Origin: Octopus vulgaris
Taxonomy: Eukaryota
Assembly (NCBI GenBank): GCA_951406725.2
Contig: OX597815.1
Coordinates: forward strand, 139,066,001 to 139,130,000
Length of the DNA stretch: 64,000 nt
Direction of reading: 5' to 3'
The notes below the pieces were generated by a model that was given only the letters and a program-made list of their open reading frames with translations, was not told the origin of the DNA and ran no database searches. This document shows positions 26,161 to 39,847 of this stretch, one piece after another. The position numbers were made by a program, and so were the translations under genes. The stretch's first letter is position 1; every line of letters starts with the position of its first letter.

Positions 26161-26860
26161 TTATTATTTATCCGGTAGTCTCTTTTTTATTCCCGAATTT
26201 TTACTGCAAAATCGGGGGCAGTTCTGCGGGCCTTGCATACACATAATCTTTTGTTTTAGTTTTGTATTTTCTTCATGCCGCAAGTATTCTACGTCATATG
26301 TGTGCAGCTCTTAGTAGTGCTATTTTCAGTATGTTTGTACATATTTGTAAGTCATGAGATTTTCACTTTGTATTGTTTTATTAATTCGGAGGGCAATCAA
26401 AACTATAACGGTTGTTCCTATTTCGTATATTTCCAGGTCATTCTTCCATAACTTCTCTTTCTATTAAGGATATATTTCAGCCTATTCTGATTACTAATTC
26501 GATTGGAAGGTCCTCTTTGATTGGAATATCCGGACGATTAACCTTGAATACTGTCTGTGTGAATTGACACATATTGGATACTTGTCAGACTTTGAGACTA
26601 ATTTTGATCTATATTTCTACCAACATTTTTCTGTCGGTGTTTTAATTTCCAGTGTATGAAAACCCCATCTCTCTCTCTGCAAATATATCTTCTCAGGACA
26701 GTTAAGTGCACTGTGCTCACTTTTCCTTCTCCACCTACACATATTCTACTGTTACTCAATTACTTGTGTTCAGTGCTTTTTTCGGTAGGGAAGCTTTGAT
26801 TCTGTAGTGTAATCAAGATTCTTACTTTGGTGTAAGCTTTGAGTTCTAGGTAATTCAACA
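26160..26860 (-). mobile_element. Dong/R4-type LINE 3' end (zinc-knuckle and RLE region), strongly decayed
   Basis: Minus strand gives …SIHTD…VNRPDI…NILKIALLRAAHI*RRILA, paralogous to 950-1575; short TAATAA tail at about 26160. Confidence 0.7.
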
Positions 26861-26941
26861 TGTGTTGCAATTTTTTTATTTTCTGTTTCCACACTGATTA
26901 GTGTCAGAGAATCGATTTATCAGGATATACACACACACACA

Positions 26942-26981
<40 letters not shown>

Positions 26982-27016
26982 CATACGTACATATATATAT
27001 ATATATATATACGTAC

Positions 27017-27073
<57 letters not shown>

Positions 27074-27817
27074 GTAAAAGTCAATTTTAGCTTTTTCCAA
27101 TTTCTGCTGTTTCACATTTCTTCGTATGTCTTTTATATTTGTTTATTTGTTGCTTTTGTGTTTTGAAGCTATATGCATTAGTCTTCCATTATTTTTACCA
27201 GATGCTTTTGTAATCCAACAGTTAATATATTATAAATTCTGGTTGCCTCAAGACACACTTCAGTGTATTTGTGGCAAATATAATATTTCACACCCAGATT
27301 TTTGAGTAGTATCTTATAAATAAAATCACTATTCTCTTTCTTTAGCTATAGTAATTCATTTATCATGCAGGTAAAAATATTATAACTGAAAACTTATTAC
27401 TAGGAAAACTCGTCTGTGTTCATGCACGTTGATAAATTATTATTTTTTTTTTATTCAATTATGTTTTAAGTGTTAACATTAAATATTAAGAGCATTAAGT
27501 GTATGTTGCTACGATTATATCTGTATGATCAATCTCTATAAATTAGTTCCATAAATCCTGTTATTACTCCCCATGAATGCCTGTGGTTCGTGTTCATACC
27601 ATTCTCCCGCTACTTTGCTCTACAAAATTGTTTAACATTTCAGGTACACCGTTAACGACACAGTCACGCTTGGTTTATATCCGTTTGTGCTCACATACTG
27701 CAGCGTTTTCTGTCAGGTGAATTTGATTAATTGTTGTCTTAAACAAATTCGTTTCATGGCCTACTCTTGCATAGCTGTTGTTGTTGTTGTTATTATTATC
27801 ATCATTATTATTATTAT

Positions 27818-28372
27818 TGAGTGAGAGAGCAGTGCATGCCATCAAAGTGACACTGGGGTGAGCTATATAAAACCCAGTATATCCATCATGACTACCTGTC
27901 TGATAAGGGTACACTAGGCACATGCATCACAACCATATGTACGCGACGCGGTGATCTCATATCAAGATAGACAGCGCATTATCTTGCAGGTGGGGACCAG
28001 TCAGAATTTTCTTCTGTTCGAGTAACCCATGCCTCTCAAAAGGTCCCTGAATAAGGGTTGTTTAAGGATATTGAACGAAACACCATGTTTCCAGAGGTGA
28101 ATTATTCACACCTCCAAGAATTCCTTTCAACATACGGCAATGATGCTCACCCACTACTTCTGCTCGTGATCAGAAATGCGCATATCGTCAGCTACTAAGG
28201 TACATGCTCAACTGGTTAAGGTCAAACAACTGAAAAGCAAACCTGTGGTATTGAACAAAATATTTGCTGTAGCCCATATTTTATACCAAGATAAACCAAT
28301 GTACATGCTAACATTTCCAATCAGTCAAGATCAGAAGCCACCAGAGCCACTGCCTGGTACTGCATCAGGGCA
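27818..28372 (-). mobile_element. Dispersed repeat family D, about 555 bp, full length, embedded in (TAA)n
   Basis: Minus strand starts TGCCCTGATGCAGTACCAGGCAGTGGC and ends GCACTGCTCTCTCACTC(AAT)n; triplet microsatellite on both sides; homologue at 681-920. Confidence 0.8.
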
Positions 28373-28376
28373 TTTA

Positions 28377-28407
<31 letters not shown>

Positions 28408-28669
28408 TATTATTACTATTGTTGTTGTTATTGTTATTGTTATTATTATTATTATTATCATCTTTCAATTCCGTTTCCTCTTGTTGTCGAGTGTCTTCCT
28501 GACATTCAGGGCAAAAAAACGCGCAATATACAATCGTATGCCATTAAAATAAACACAGCATATTGTTCAGTTACAACGTCATGTGATAGAGCAAAAGGAG
28601 CTTTGTTGTTGTCGTTGTCGTTGTTGTTGTTTTTGCTCTTGTTGATTAGTATTTATTTTTTGTTCTTCA

Positions 28670-28825
28670 TGGTAGTGGGTGTAGTACCGGTAGTGGTACT
28701 ATTATCACTGTAGCTGATATTATCTTTAGTAATATCAACAATTCCAGCTGGTATGATAACAATAGTGTATGTTGGTGTAGTAGCAGTAATTCCCAAAATA
28801 TCAGCCGTAGCAATGTCTGTAGTAA

Positions 28826-28879
<54 letters not shown>

Positions 28880-29280
28880 CTGCTGTAGTAGTAGATTTAT
28901 AGTGTTAATCATATCTTTTTGGTGATTATAATGGAACTACATGTGAATAGTAGCAGATATATAACAGGAAATGCTGATTATACTGGTTGTGATAGAACCT
29001 AGTGGTGTTAATAATGGTATTTGCGATAGTAGTATCAATGTAGTAATATATGTGTTCATTTTGGAAGCGTTGATAGTGTTCAGTTTTAGTTTTAGTAGTT
29101 GTGGTAGTTGCAATAACTTCAGTAGTTGTAGCGATGATAGTGATTCCGCTAGTTATAGTAGTAGTAGTGATAGCATTTGTTGTAGTGACAGTGGTAGTAG
29201 TTGTAATAGTTTTGCTACAGGAAATAGTAGGAGGAAATTCGGTTGTGGTAGTAATAGTGGTAGACTCGATAATATTTTTT
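28670..29280. repeat. Old degenerate (GTA/TAG)n trinucleotide tract
   Basis: Triplet periodicity with a pure core at 28828-28880. Confidence 0.85.
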
Positions 29281-29783
29281 TTTACATTCATTGATGCTAT
29301 TTGTGGATTTACTGTTGCTTATCAAGCCCTGAAGTTTGTTTGAAATTATGTTCATCAAATATATCGACCACACAATACTTTGTCCCTGATAAAAGGTTTT
29401 TTCCTGTTGTTGAGTGACAAAGATAAGCCAGTCCATCGAACATTCAGATGCAAAGGGAGAGAAAAAAGAACAAAAAAAAAACCCAAACAAAATACACAAT
29501 GGTCACTGGATATTCGAAAAATGACTGATTCCTAAAACCGGAAATGCTATTATGTTTGGCAATACGAGATACGAGAACAATCAGAAAAGAACTCTGCAAA
29601 GCCCAATACAGTATCCATATTCATATATTCATTTACATTCTTACATTTATTGATGTGCGCTAGGGTTAGTTATACAAAAGTACAACACATACACACGTAT
29701 ACATTCACTCGAATTTACATATTTGCATATACAACTACATAGATAGATACATACATATATTAATATATTTATGTATACGTATA

Positions 29784-29836
<53 letters not shown>

Positions 29837-29844
29837 TATATATG

Positions 29845-29876
<32 letters not shown>

Positions 29877-29893
29877 TATATATAGATATATAG

Positions 29894-29926
<33 letters not shown>

Positions 29927-29931
29927 TATTC

Positions 29932-29992
<61 letters not shown>

Positions 29993-30386
29993 ACATGCAT
30001 ATGTAAATGTATGTAAACTTATGCAGAAATATGAAAGGCATTCAAGTGTGTAAACACGTTTTACGAGTGTAGACTATTATATCTAAAACACGAAGCTGCG
30101 TTCTCACAGATATGCATATCTATGCACACACATATTACTTGTACATAAAAAATATGCAAGAATGCAACATCTACATTCATATACACTCACGCACACACAT
30201 ATCAAAATGCATAAACATATGTTGAAGACATTTATAAGCGTATTTACACCCTTTCTATAAAATATATGAAGACGTATTTCATCATCTATCTATCTATATA
30301 CATATAGATAAATAGATTGATAGTTAGTAATCCTTACGTGTATATATACATTTATATACATACCTACATTTATATTTCTATATATG

Positions 30387-30422
<36 letters not shown>

Positions 30423-30639
30423 TAGAGATAATTGATATTCAATTGAATTAGGTATTTAAGTTGAAGCACCAAGTCAGTGCGATATTATCCGCACAGCTCG
30501 AAGGTGAATAATTCAAAATATGCAATGGGATATCAAGTAGTGATATCCTGTTGCTTATTTTGATTTCACACACAAACACGAACACACACACACGCACCCA
30601 TACACACACACATACACACACACACTCACACACACATGC

Positions 30640-30817
30640 AATGAACTCTCCCGTCGTTAGACGACATATGAGGGTTCGACAGTTTCGTGCCGAGCAACGA
30701 CACAGACGATATATTTACATGTCAGATGTCGAAATGATCACTGAGCGCACGGTCTAGGAATCGAACCCACGATCTCGCCATTGTGAGTGCAATACCCTAA
30801 ACACTAAGCCATGCGCC
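30640..30817 (-). mobile_element. tRNA-derived SINE family C (tRNA-like head plus short body)
   Basis: Minus strand AGGCGCATGGCTTAGTGTTTAGG (box A) … GGGTTCGATTCC (box B); no matching acceptor stem. Confidence 0.7.
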
Positions 30818-30899
30818 TTAACTGTTTATATAGTTAAGTTAAATTTGAAATTAAAGCATAGGTAGGAGACTGTAATACACCGGATGTCAACTGTCTTTC

Positions 30900-31331
<432 letters not shown>

Positions 31332-31351
31332 GTGTGTGTTTGTGTGTGAAA

Positions 31352-33480
31352 GACAAAAAAAGAGTGAAAAATCTACAGAAGGCTTGTGTTATATGGTTAA
31401 AGAATATATCTAAATCGATATATTAGAAATATGTTATGAAATTATGCGTATAGTAACATAGTTTTGGGAGAAATAACCGGTTTCGTATTTTCTTTTCAAA
31501 TTTTTAAAATTTCTTTACCTATATCGTGCCATGTCTTCGCTATGTTGTGAAGTATGGAGTTCCTGACAGGAGAAGGTAATCAGAGATTTTTTAAGTATAA
31601 GGGAGATAATAAAAAATGTTGAGAATGACTAGGTTTTATTAATTTAATATGATTTGGTTTAGAAGGAATAGAATGTTACACGTGGTGAGGTTTTGCTTTC
31701 TTTTTTTTTCAATGCGCTGAGTTTCCTAATTTAAAAATGTTAGAAATGGTTAAGTTTTGGCTTATATTTTTCAATGAAGACGGTTTCCTTATTTAATCTA
31801 ACTTGTGTTGGTATTCCAATGGCACATTGATAGTACGGAAAGATTATAAATTGTGGTAGCATTTGCTTTGCGCATTTCCCAATATGTTCACTAAAGGATA
31901 TCATTCTGTATTCTGGGAATGCAATCTGCTGTCGATGCAGAGTGAATCTGCCTCTGAGCGATTATCCCATGGATCCTATGTAGTTTTGGTGGCAGCCTGA
32001 GCATCTTATAACATGAATCAGGTTTCCTGAAGCACAAGTAAAGTCAGATATGATTTTGAATCTTTGTCCCTCTTTTAAAAGGAATTCTGATCCTTCTAGA
32101 AGGTTTGGGTATGTTGCGCAACTTGGTCGACCACATTTTTTCACTTTTGCGTCCGTTATTTTCGAAAATAATTTTGCTTTTGTGAGGATCTTTTTTAGTG
32201 ATTTCGGTTGTTTGTGACTTTTAGTGATTTTATGTATGTGTAAAATTTCCTTTATTTTGGGATCCTTATGTAGCATTGGTAAGTTTTGCGTGATGATGAT
32301 GAAGGCTTCTTTGTTTCTGGGGTTGTATGTGGATATGTACGGCGGTATTTTCGGGAAAGGTGTGTTGCTGTGTTGAACTCTTCATAAGCTTTTTATGTCA
32401 ATTTGTGTGGCACGTCTGATTCCATCCTCTATGAGTTGAACTGGATAGTGTCTGTCAATTAGGGTGTTTTTGAATTCTTGCAGTCTAAAGTTTCTGGTAT
32501 TTTGTCCTGACACTATTGTGCATGTCCTTCTTGCAGAGTTGAAGGGGATTTTTGTTTTGGTGTGTCTTGGTTGGCATGAATTAAACAGTAGATATTGTTT
32601 GTTGTCTATGGTTTTGTAAAATATGTCCTTTTCTATTTTTAGGTCTATTTTTTAAATAAGTATATCTAAGAATGGGTGCTCCTTTTGGTTGTACTTCATT
32701 GTGAACTGTATGTTTGGATTGACGCTGCTCAATAAGTCTTTTGAAATTCATGAGTTTATCTGTGTTTTCATTCCAGAACATGAAAGAGCCGTCTAGAAAT
32801 CTTTTCCAATTTTCTTTTATGTATTGGGAAATAGGGTTTCCAAAGGTAGAAAAAGATTCCTGGTATATTATTACTTCCAGTTAGCCCATTGTTAGATTCG
32901 CAATGAATGACCGGGGCTGCCCTTGTGCCCATAGCAAGTCCGGATTTTTATCAGTAAAGCGCATTATCAAAGATGAAGTAGTTGTTTCGTAGCATGAATT
33001 CAACCAATTTAGTTATGAATTCTTTACTGATCCTTTTTGGTATTTCTTCCGGAAATTGGTCCCGCCAGAACTGAATTGCCTCTAGCCCATAATTATGAGG
33101 CATACTGGTATATAAATTAATTACATCAAATGAAACCATGATTGTTCCTTCCTTCACTTTTTTGGGTGGGGAAGGTGACTTAACATATCCAAGTCATCTC
33201 TGATATGGCTATTGATGTGTTTAAGGAAAGGTTTCAGGAGGATGTCCATAAATAGACTTAGTCTGTGTGTTTCACATGCTGGGCCTGCTATAATGGATCG
33301 TAGTTTTAGGTACCTCGGGTTTGGTGTATGTATGTACGTCTTTGGGGATTTTCCGGTCATTTCTCCAAAAACTATGTTACTATACGCAAAATTTTATAAC
33401 ATAATTCTAACATAACGATTTAAATATATTCTTTAAACATATAACACAAACCTTCTGTAGATTTTTCACTCTTTTTTGTC
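31352..33480 (-). mobile_element. Penelope-like element: RT plus GIY-YIG pseudogene (about 31745-33350), 3' pLTR (31352-31530) and inverted pLTR copy (33353-33480)
   Basis: LRSIIAGPACETHRLSLFMDILLKP; SFDVINLYTSMPH; NNYFIFD; GLAMGT; WKRFLD; FLDI; IPFNSARR; KCGRPSC; NLIHVIRCSGCHQNYIG; ETVFIEKYKPKLN. Segments 31352-31480 and 33353-33480 are reverse complements. Confidence 0.92.
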
Positions 33481-33522
33481 GTTCATACATTCAGCCACGT
33501 GCTTTCACATACCAAATATCTC

Positions 33523-33606
<84 letters not shown>

Positions 33607-33611
33607 GTCTG

Positions 33612-33677
<66 letters not shown>

Positions 33678-33681
33678 CTTC

Positions 33682-33749
<68 letters not shown>

Positions 33750-33883
33750 TATATACATATATGTCGTTCACTTCTACGTTAAGGTAAAATCAACAAAAAT
33801 TGTAAGTATTCTATCCGGTGAGGGTTATATGTTTAATGTGCACAGTATATAGATAGTTATAAGGTACTAAAAAAATTCATACA

Positions 33884-34661
33884 TTGGACATGATTTCTAG
33901 GCATGTTTTAATAACACGCCTAGTGCCTCCGAGCAATTCTCGGACCTATATCCATGGCCTAAGTAACTTACAAATCTAGATAGAAGAGACGTCTCGGGAG
34001 AAAAATAGAGGAAGGCAACTACAAATAGCTGAAGGGGAAAGAAACGGAAAAAGAAAGGGAAAAGGGTGAATCATTGCAATATACACTTTGGCCGTGAAGT
34101 TATGAAGCTAGTTGGTGTTGAATAAATGGAATGGGTCTAACGTCTGCGATATAGCTACTCAATCCTGAGAGGGTGGTGTTCTCGAATACGCCAAAATAAA
34201 ATTTGTTCATGTTTGCACTCGCTGAAAAATGTTGATCAGGAATTCAGGAGCGTAATGGAATTCTTGGATCTAAAATGGATATGTGATCTTTCACCTACGC
34301 AAAACTTGCATTTTATAATTCTATTAATATATGGCATGGATTTTTCTAACGATTTCCTACTTAATTCTATGTAGTGGGAACTTGGTCTTCAAGCCCCTTA
34401 CAGGGCTAACCGCCTAAATGGATTTACTTTTCTCGTAAAATAGCCTTATACCGTTAAAAGTATCCTTCAATCTTCATTTCTTTTTACCGTTTCTTTCACC
34501 CTTCTAACTTTTGCATCCATCTTCCTCTCATTTTCCCCGTGGTTTCACTTGTTCTATTGTCCTGATCTGATTTGTAACTTATATAGGCTATATACTCAGA
34601 GTTTGAGGATTGGTTGGGGGCACAAGGTCCGTTATTAAAACTTGCCTAGAAAAATCTCCAA
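33884..34661. repeat. Old inverted duplication with arms of about 220 bp
   Basis: TTGGACATGATTTCTAGGCATGTTTTTAATAAC… versus reverse complement TTGGAGATTTTTCTAGGCAAGTTTTAATAAC…; similarity continues to GAAAGAAACGG. Confidence 0.75.
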
Positions 34662-34759
34662 TATATGAAACTGATAGTAGTAGTATATAACTATATACTG
34701 TGTACATCAAACAATACATACTTACACACAACACACACACACACACATATATGTGTGGT

Positions 34760-34800
<41 letters not shown>

Positions 34801-34821
34801 ATATGTGTGTGTGTGTGTGTG

Positions 34822-34893
<72 letters not shown>

Positions 34894-35324
34894 ATTTAAT
34901 AATTGCTGATGTAAATGTCTCGTTGGTTGATTTTGTTAGTTACGCTTTACATCGTACAATGAGACAGAGAGAGAGGGGGTAAAAAGAGAGAGAGAGTGAG
35001 AGAGAGAGAAAGAGAAAAAGAAAGAAAAGAGAGAGAGACTGAAAATAAAGGACCGATAGAATGATAGTTTATATAAAAAAAGTAATCTCTTATAACATCT
35101 GAAAATACGCATTTTTAATGAAATTTTGCATAGATAGTTTGTTCGATGAAGTAGACTGCGATTACGTTGATAAAATTTAGAAAATTAATAACATATATTT
35201 ATTGCAAATATACAAATGAGAAATTTGTTTTATTTAATTTATTTTAAATCAATAAATGCTTTTCTTTCCCAAATTAGTATTCATTTTATCATTTCGTATA
35301 AGCACCAACAAATTTGATAAAAGT

Positions 35325-37480
35325 TATAGCTAGAAGACATTCTCTCACAGTTGGCAATAATGTGGTTGATGTCTTCAGTCTTGGTCTTGTACAGCCTACA
35401 TTTGTTGTCTGTCATTATTTTCTGCTGTCTTTATGTTCTGTGTTCAAATTCGCCGAGGTCAACTTTGCCTTTCATCCTTTCGGGGCCGATGAATTAAGTA
35501 CCAGTTTCAAACCGGGATCGATCTAATCGTCTTGCTTCCTCCCCAAACCTTTCGGGTCTTGTGCCTAGAGTAGAAAAGATTGTTTTCTGTCTCTTATGCT
35601 GTAGGTAGTTAGTGGGGATCTTTTGCTATTGAGTTGTATGAAGGTAGATTTGAAATTGAAAGTGGGACCTCATTAGCTTGTTGGTACTCCATGCTAAGCT
35701 CTTGATATGATCACTCTCTCCTATGGTTCGATTTTTCGTGCCACGTATCAATGCAATATCTTCCCTGTGAACTGGTCCATACTTTTTTGATAGATTTTAT
35801 TAATGCTCCTTGAGAAAAGATTTGCTTATTTCATACCTCTCCTAATTATGTTATTGATTTTATTGGTTACAAACATGGGCAAGATAGTTATTGACCTCTT
35901 TCCTCTGCTGCAGATGTTTCAGCGTAACAATGCGTGCTTCATATGATGTCAGCACAGATTTGGGACCACAACCACCATCCTTCCTTAGGAAGCATAGCCT
36001 GTATATATCTTCATTGATGTTGAAGTTTTCTGTACATTGAGCAGCTTGAAAATGCGAACATCTATCTCATTGAGTTATTGAAGTGAACTGTTTTGAAAGC
36101 CAAGCTAGATGTGAAGACAAACACAGCAAAGGAGCTGTAGGCAATATGGATTTGGTAAGCTGAGAGTTCTGATGACCGTATTCTCTTTACTTTTCCTGAG
36201 GTGTTTATTCCTGGTCCTCTCTTTATTCATGCGTTCATCATATCTGACATTTTCATCTTGGCCAACATACCTATAACCTTTACCTCACTGTAGATATTGT
36301 ATTACCAAGCCGTTCATTTTCAGGTTTATGTGCTTAGGTTACAACTTTTACACGCTTCATTGTAAAAAATGCACATTTGGACTCATCCAATTGCATTCTA
36401 ATGTCTATAGAAAATTGGATAATGAAGTTCAATTGCTTTTTCGATTGTTGGCTGATAACTTTTCAGATCGTCGACAACGAAAGCACGTGAGACACGTCTT
36501 GATCCATTTCTATGGCCACTACATTTTGTGAGCAGATATTATCGTGGATTTAATGAGAATATGAAGAGGAACGCCGACAGGCTATCACCCTGGAAGCTAC
36601 CTTTTAGGTAATCGACACAATTTGCTTCTTATCACTTCCAAGGAGCAAAGTGGTGTACCAAGTCTTGGTCAGGTGCTCAACAAGCTCTCACATCTGGTCG
36701 TGAGACTTCGGCTAACTGTAAGGTCCTGATAATCCAACCACGTGGGACACTATCAAAAGCCTTCTTGTAGTTCAATCATTCTATAGTTAAGTTACTACGA
36801 TCTTATGTTTTCCTATGTATCTTATGTTTTCATTTTGCTAATTTGGCTGCGGTGTGCTTCCCCACAGTTCCTTCTTTCGTCCGGTTTGCTCAAATGTTAT
36901 AATGTTGGTAGCACAATGATCTTGCCAGAGCAGATTGAGGCACTCAGTGTGTAATTTGTATATGCTGTAATGGCAGTATATTGGGCGGTAATATTTAGCA
37001 ATGGTAGTTTGACTATTATTGGGGACGAGGAGAGTAGTTGCTGTTGATAACAATCGGAGCAGTTATTGTGTGTCCTTGGTACATTCTCCATATAACGGTA
37101 TGAGATCTTGTTGATAAAAGGTGAAATTCTTCAGCTAGTAGCCTGATATGAGGTCTGGACCTGGGGATTTTCTGTTTAGCATTCTCTGTAGAACTACTTC
37201 CTGTATTTCTCCATCTATTTCATACTGATTTTGCTGGATATCCTAGCAGTCGACTTGCTCCAGTTCTTTTCACCATACAATTGTTTGATGGACTCATCAT
37301 TTGTTTCTCATACATATCTCCAATGGCCGTCCTCCTGATCTTGTGCGTTGGTGAGTTTAACAGAGATCGAAACAATCTCGCATTGAACCTGGCAAATAAT
37401 TTATTGAACATTGGCCGTTTATGTCGTATATATACACTTTAGTTTTTCAGCTTTAGCTCTGAGTTGTTCCAGCTGCTGAA
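35325..37480 (-). mobile_element. Dong/R4-type LINE RT region to zinc knuckle (pseudogene), interrupted by a SINE
   Basis: KSPGPD; TTLLVP…YRPIYC…IYKL; EQTG; NYKKAFDSVP; FQGDSLS; VDDLK; YRYVG; RLCFLRKDGGCG; KCRLYKTKTEDINHIIANC. Confidence 0.85.
35423..35582 (+). mobile_element. 5'-truncated SINE family A nested in the LINE
   Basis: GTTCAAATTCGCCGAGGTCAACTTTGCCTTTCATCCTTTCGGGG…GTGCCTAGAGTAGAAAAGATT. Confidence 0.88.
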
Positions 37481-38199
37481 GTCTGGAGTATATAATATAG
37501 TAATCTGTCCATCTGTTATCGCTCTTTTCTGCTTGCTTTCTCTAAACGCACTACATAAAAGATAAGATCAATAAGTTGTTTCCATGAATAACTTAAACGA
37601 TAATACTGTATGATTCCCCATCAACCATATTCTTAAATTAATAATTTCTATGAATTATAAATATTTAATGTAGGTTTTAAACAGTTTTTGCATATTTTTA
37701 AAGCACTACATGTTGATCAATTTCTTGTATATTTTAGAACAAATTGTTTGTTCCAAAACGGCTTAAAGTTTTTTATGAAGCAAATAAGAAAATACTTCCT
37801 TTGTGTATTTGGTTTGCAAGATCCTTACTGGGAATTCGTATTCTGAAACAAATCTCGTTGTGTCTTGGAAGGGTCATTACACCAATAATAATAAATATAT
37901 GCACTTATTCAATATCACTTCTTTATGGTTTGTCAATCGGTCAAATATCTAACGAATTAATTAATAGATCCTTTGTTTAATGTGTTCAATCAGTTGTTTG
38001 CTTTCCAAAAGACTTTGACAAATAATCGATTCATTGTATAACCAACATATTAAACATCCGTTATTTAGTTGGATATATATGTAACTGATTATTAAATACA
38101 AAGTAAGTAAAAATAAAAGAAAGAATCGTCTTTAAATTGTCGAGACAAGAAATGGAAACTAAGGCCGGAAAATCTGGAACTTGGTGTCAGGGAAACATT

Positions 38200-38920
38200 T
38201 GAATACAGTAATGCCCAGATTTTACATCTATTGATTGTTGGAATATTTCTAATGTGTGAGTACTGTGGAGCGAAAAATTATGAAGTTGATCAAAATATCT
38301 AGTTCTGAAATGATATGTTAAATGTACAAATTGTATGAATAGGTTTAGATCTACTTAAGCAATTGTTGAAAGGAAGTGCAGTAGAATCACATGTTTTCGT
38401 TTCTAAAGCAAGATGGCAGAACTCTTGCTTCCAAATTCATTCTTAGGTGTTATTGGTGTTTATTATGCAGAACAGATACAATTTCATACATATTATCGCT
38501 CAGGGTACTTATTTCATTTGCAGCTGTTAATCCTAAGTATCTGCAGATATATTTCATGGGTAACGAACGAAAATAGGGAAGATTCTTACAACATCGCCTG
38601 TGGTGTTTCAGGGGAAATAAAATTTGAGTCACATAATGTTACATCAACACAATGACTATGCTATGACCTTTAAATCTGTTCTTGAAAATATGAATGACAC
38701 TAGCATGAAGATATTTGCAAACCATTACCGTTCTGAATGTTACGTTGGCATTTCTTAGGAAAAATAAGGTTCTGCATAAAAGTAAGTTGTCCCTCGTCAG
38801 AGAACCGAAAACACACTGCTCAGAGGAATGATTACAATATCATCAAGCATGAATATATTCTACATGTTATTCAGTATGTCAAAATATCAGTCCGTCTTGA
38901 TCTCTATAGATCTTTTACAT
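38200..38920 (+). mobile_element. Helitron Rep/helicase N-terminal remnant
   Basis: Across frames: MCEYCGAK…DLLKQLLKGSAVESHVFVSKARWQNSCFQ…PKYLQIYFMGN…LHQHNDYAMTFKSVLE…IQY, the motif order of the Helitron-like N-terminal region. Confidence 0.6.
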
Positions 38921-39129
38921 GTAATACATTATGAACTAAACTAAGAACCAAATTATTTCCAGGCTTCCAGAATCGGCATAATATTCTCGGAAATATCTTC
39001 CGTCACTAGACGATTGAATTGAACAATGTGAAAGAACAACATTTAAAGCAATACTTCATCAGCTGTTCTAAGAGTTGCAATCGTTGAGGAGTCTTTCATG
39101 AGACAGTCGGCTCACTTGTATATGAACGC

Positions 39130-39528
<399 letters not shown>

Positions 39529-39791
39529 GAGGGCCCCTCCTTTGATCATGAATGACCATGGGACTGTACCAAGAAAGTTACTCTCCGAGGCACAAATCCA
39601 GGCTTGATTGTTTATGGAAGACCAGCCTCCCCTCTCCATATACACCCAATGTTGTCCAAGGGTAAGGGAAAGGCCTTACGTAACAACATAAAAACTATTT
39701 GACCCTTTTTACATTTTACATTTTATTTTTTAACTTTTCGTTTTCCATTTATCGTTTTCCGTCTTTTTAACCTTCCTCGTTTTCTATATGC

Positions 39792-39846
<55 letters not shown>

Positions 39847-39847
39847 A

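Noticed and set aside
28926-29343. Thr-, Ser- or Val-rich mucin-like ORFs
   Set aside because: A degenerate (GTA)n tract is open in several frames on both strands, with no splice or start context.
30740-30817. tRNA gene
   Set aside because: Has A and B boxes but no closing acceptor stem, and continues into a repeat body; it is a SINE head.
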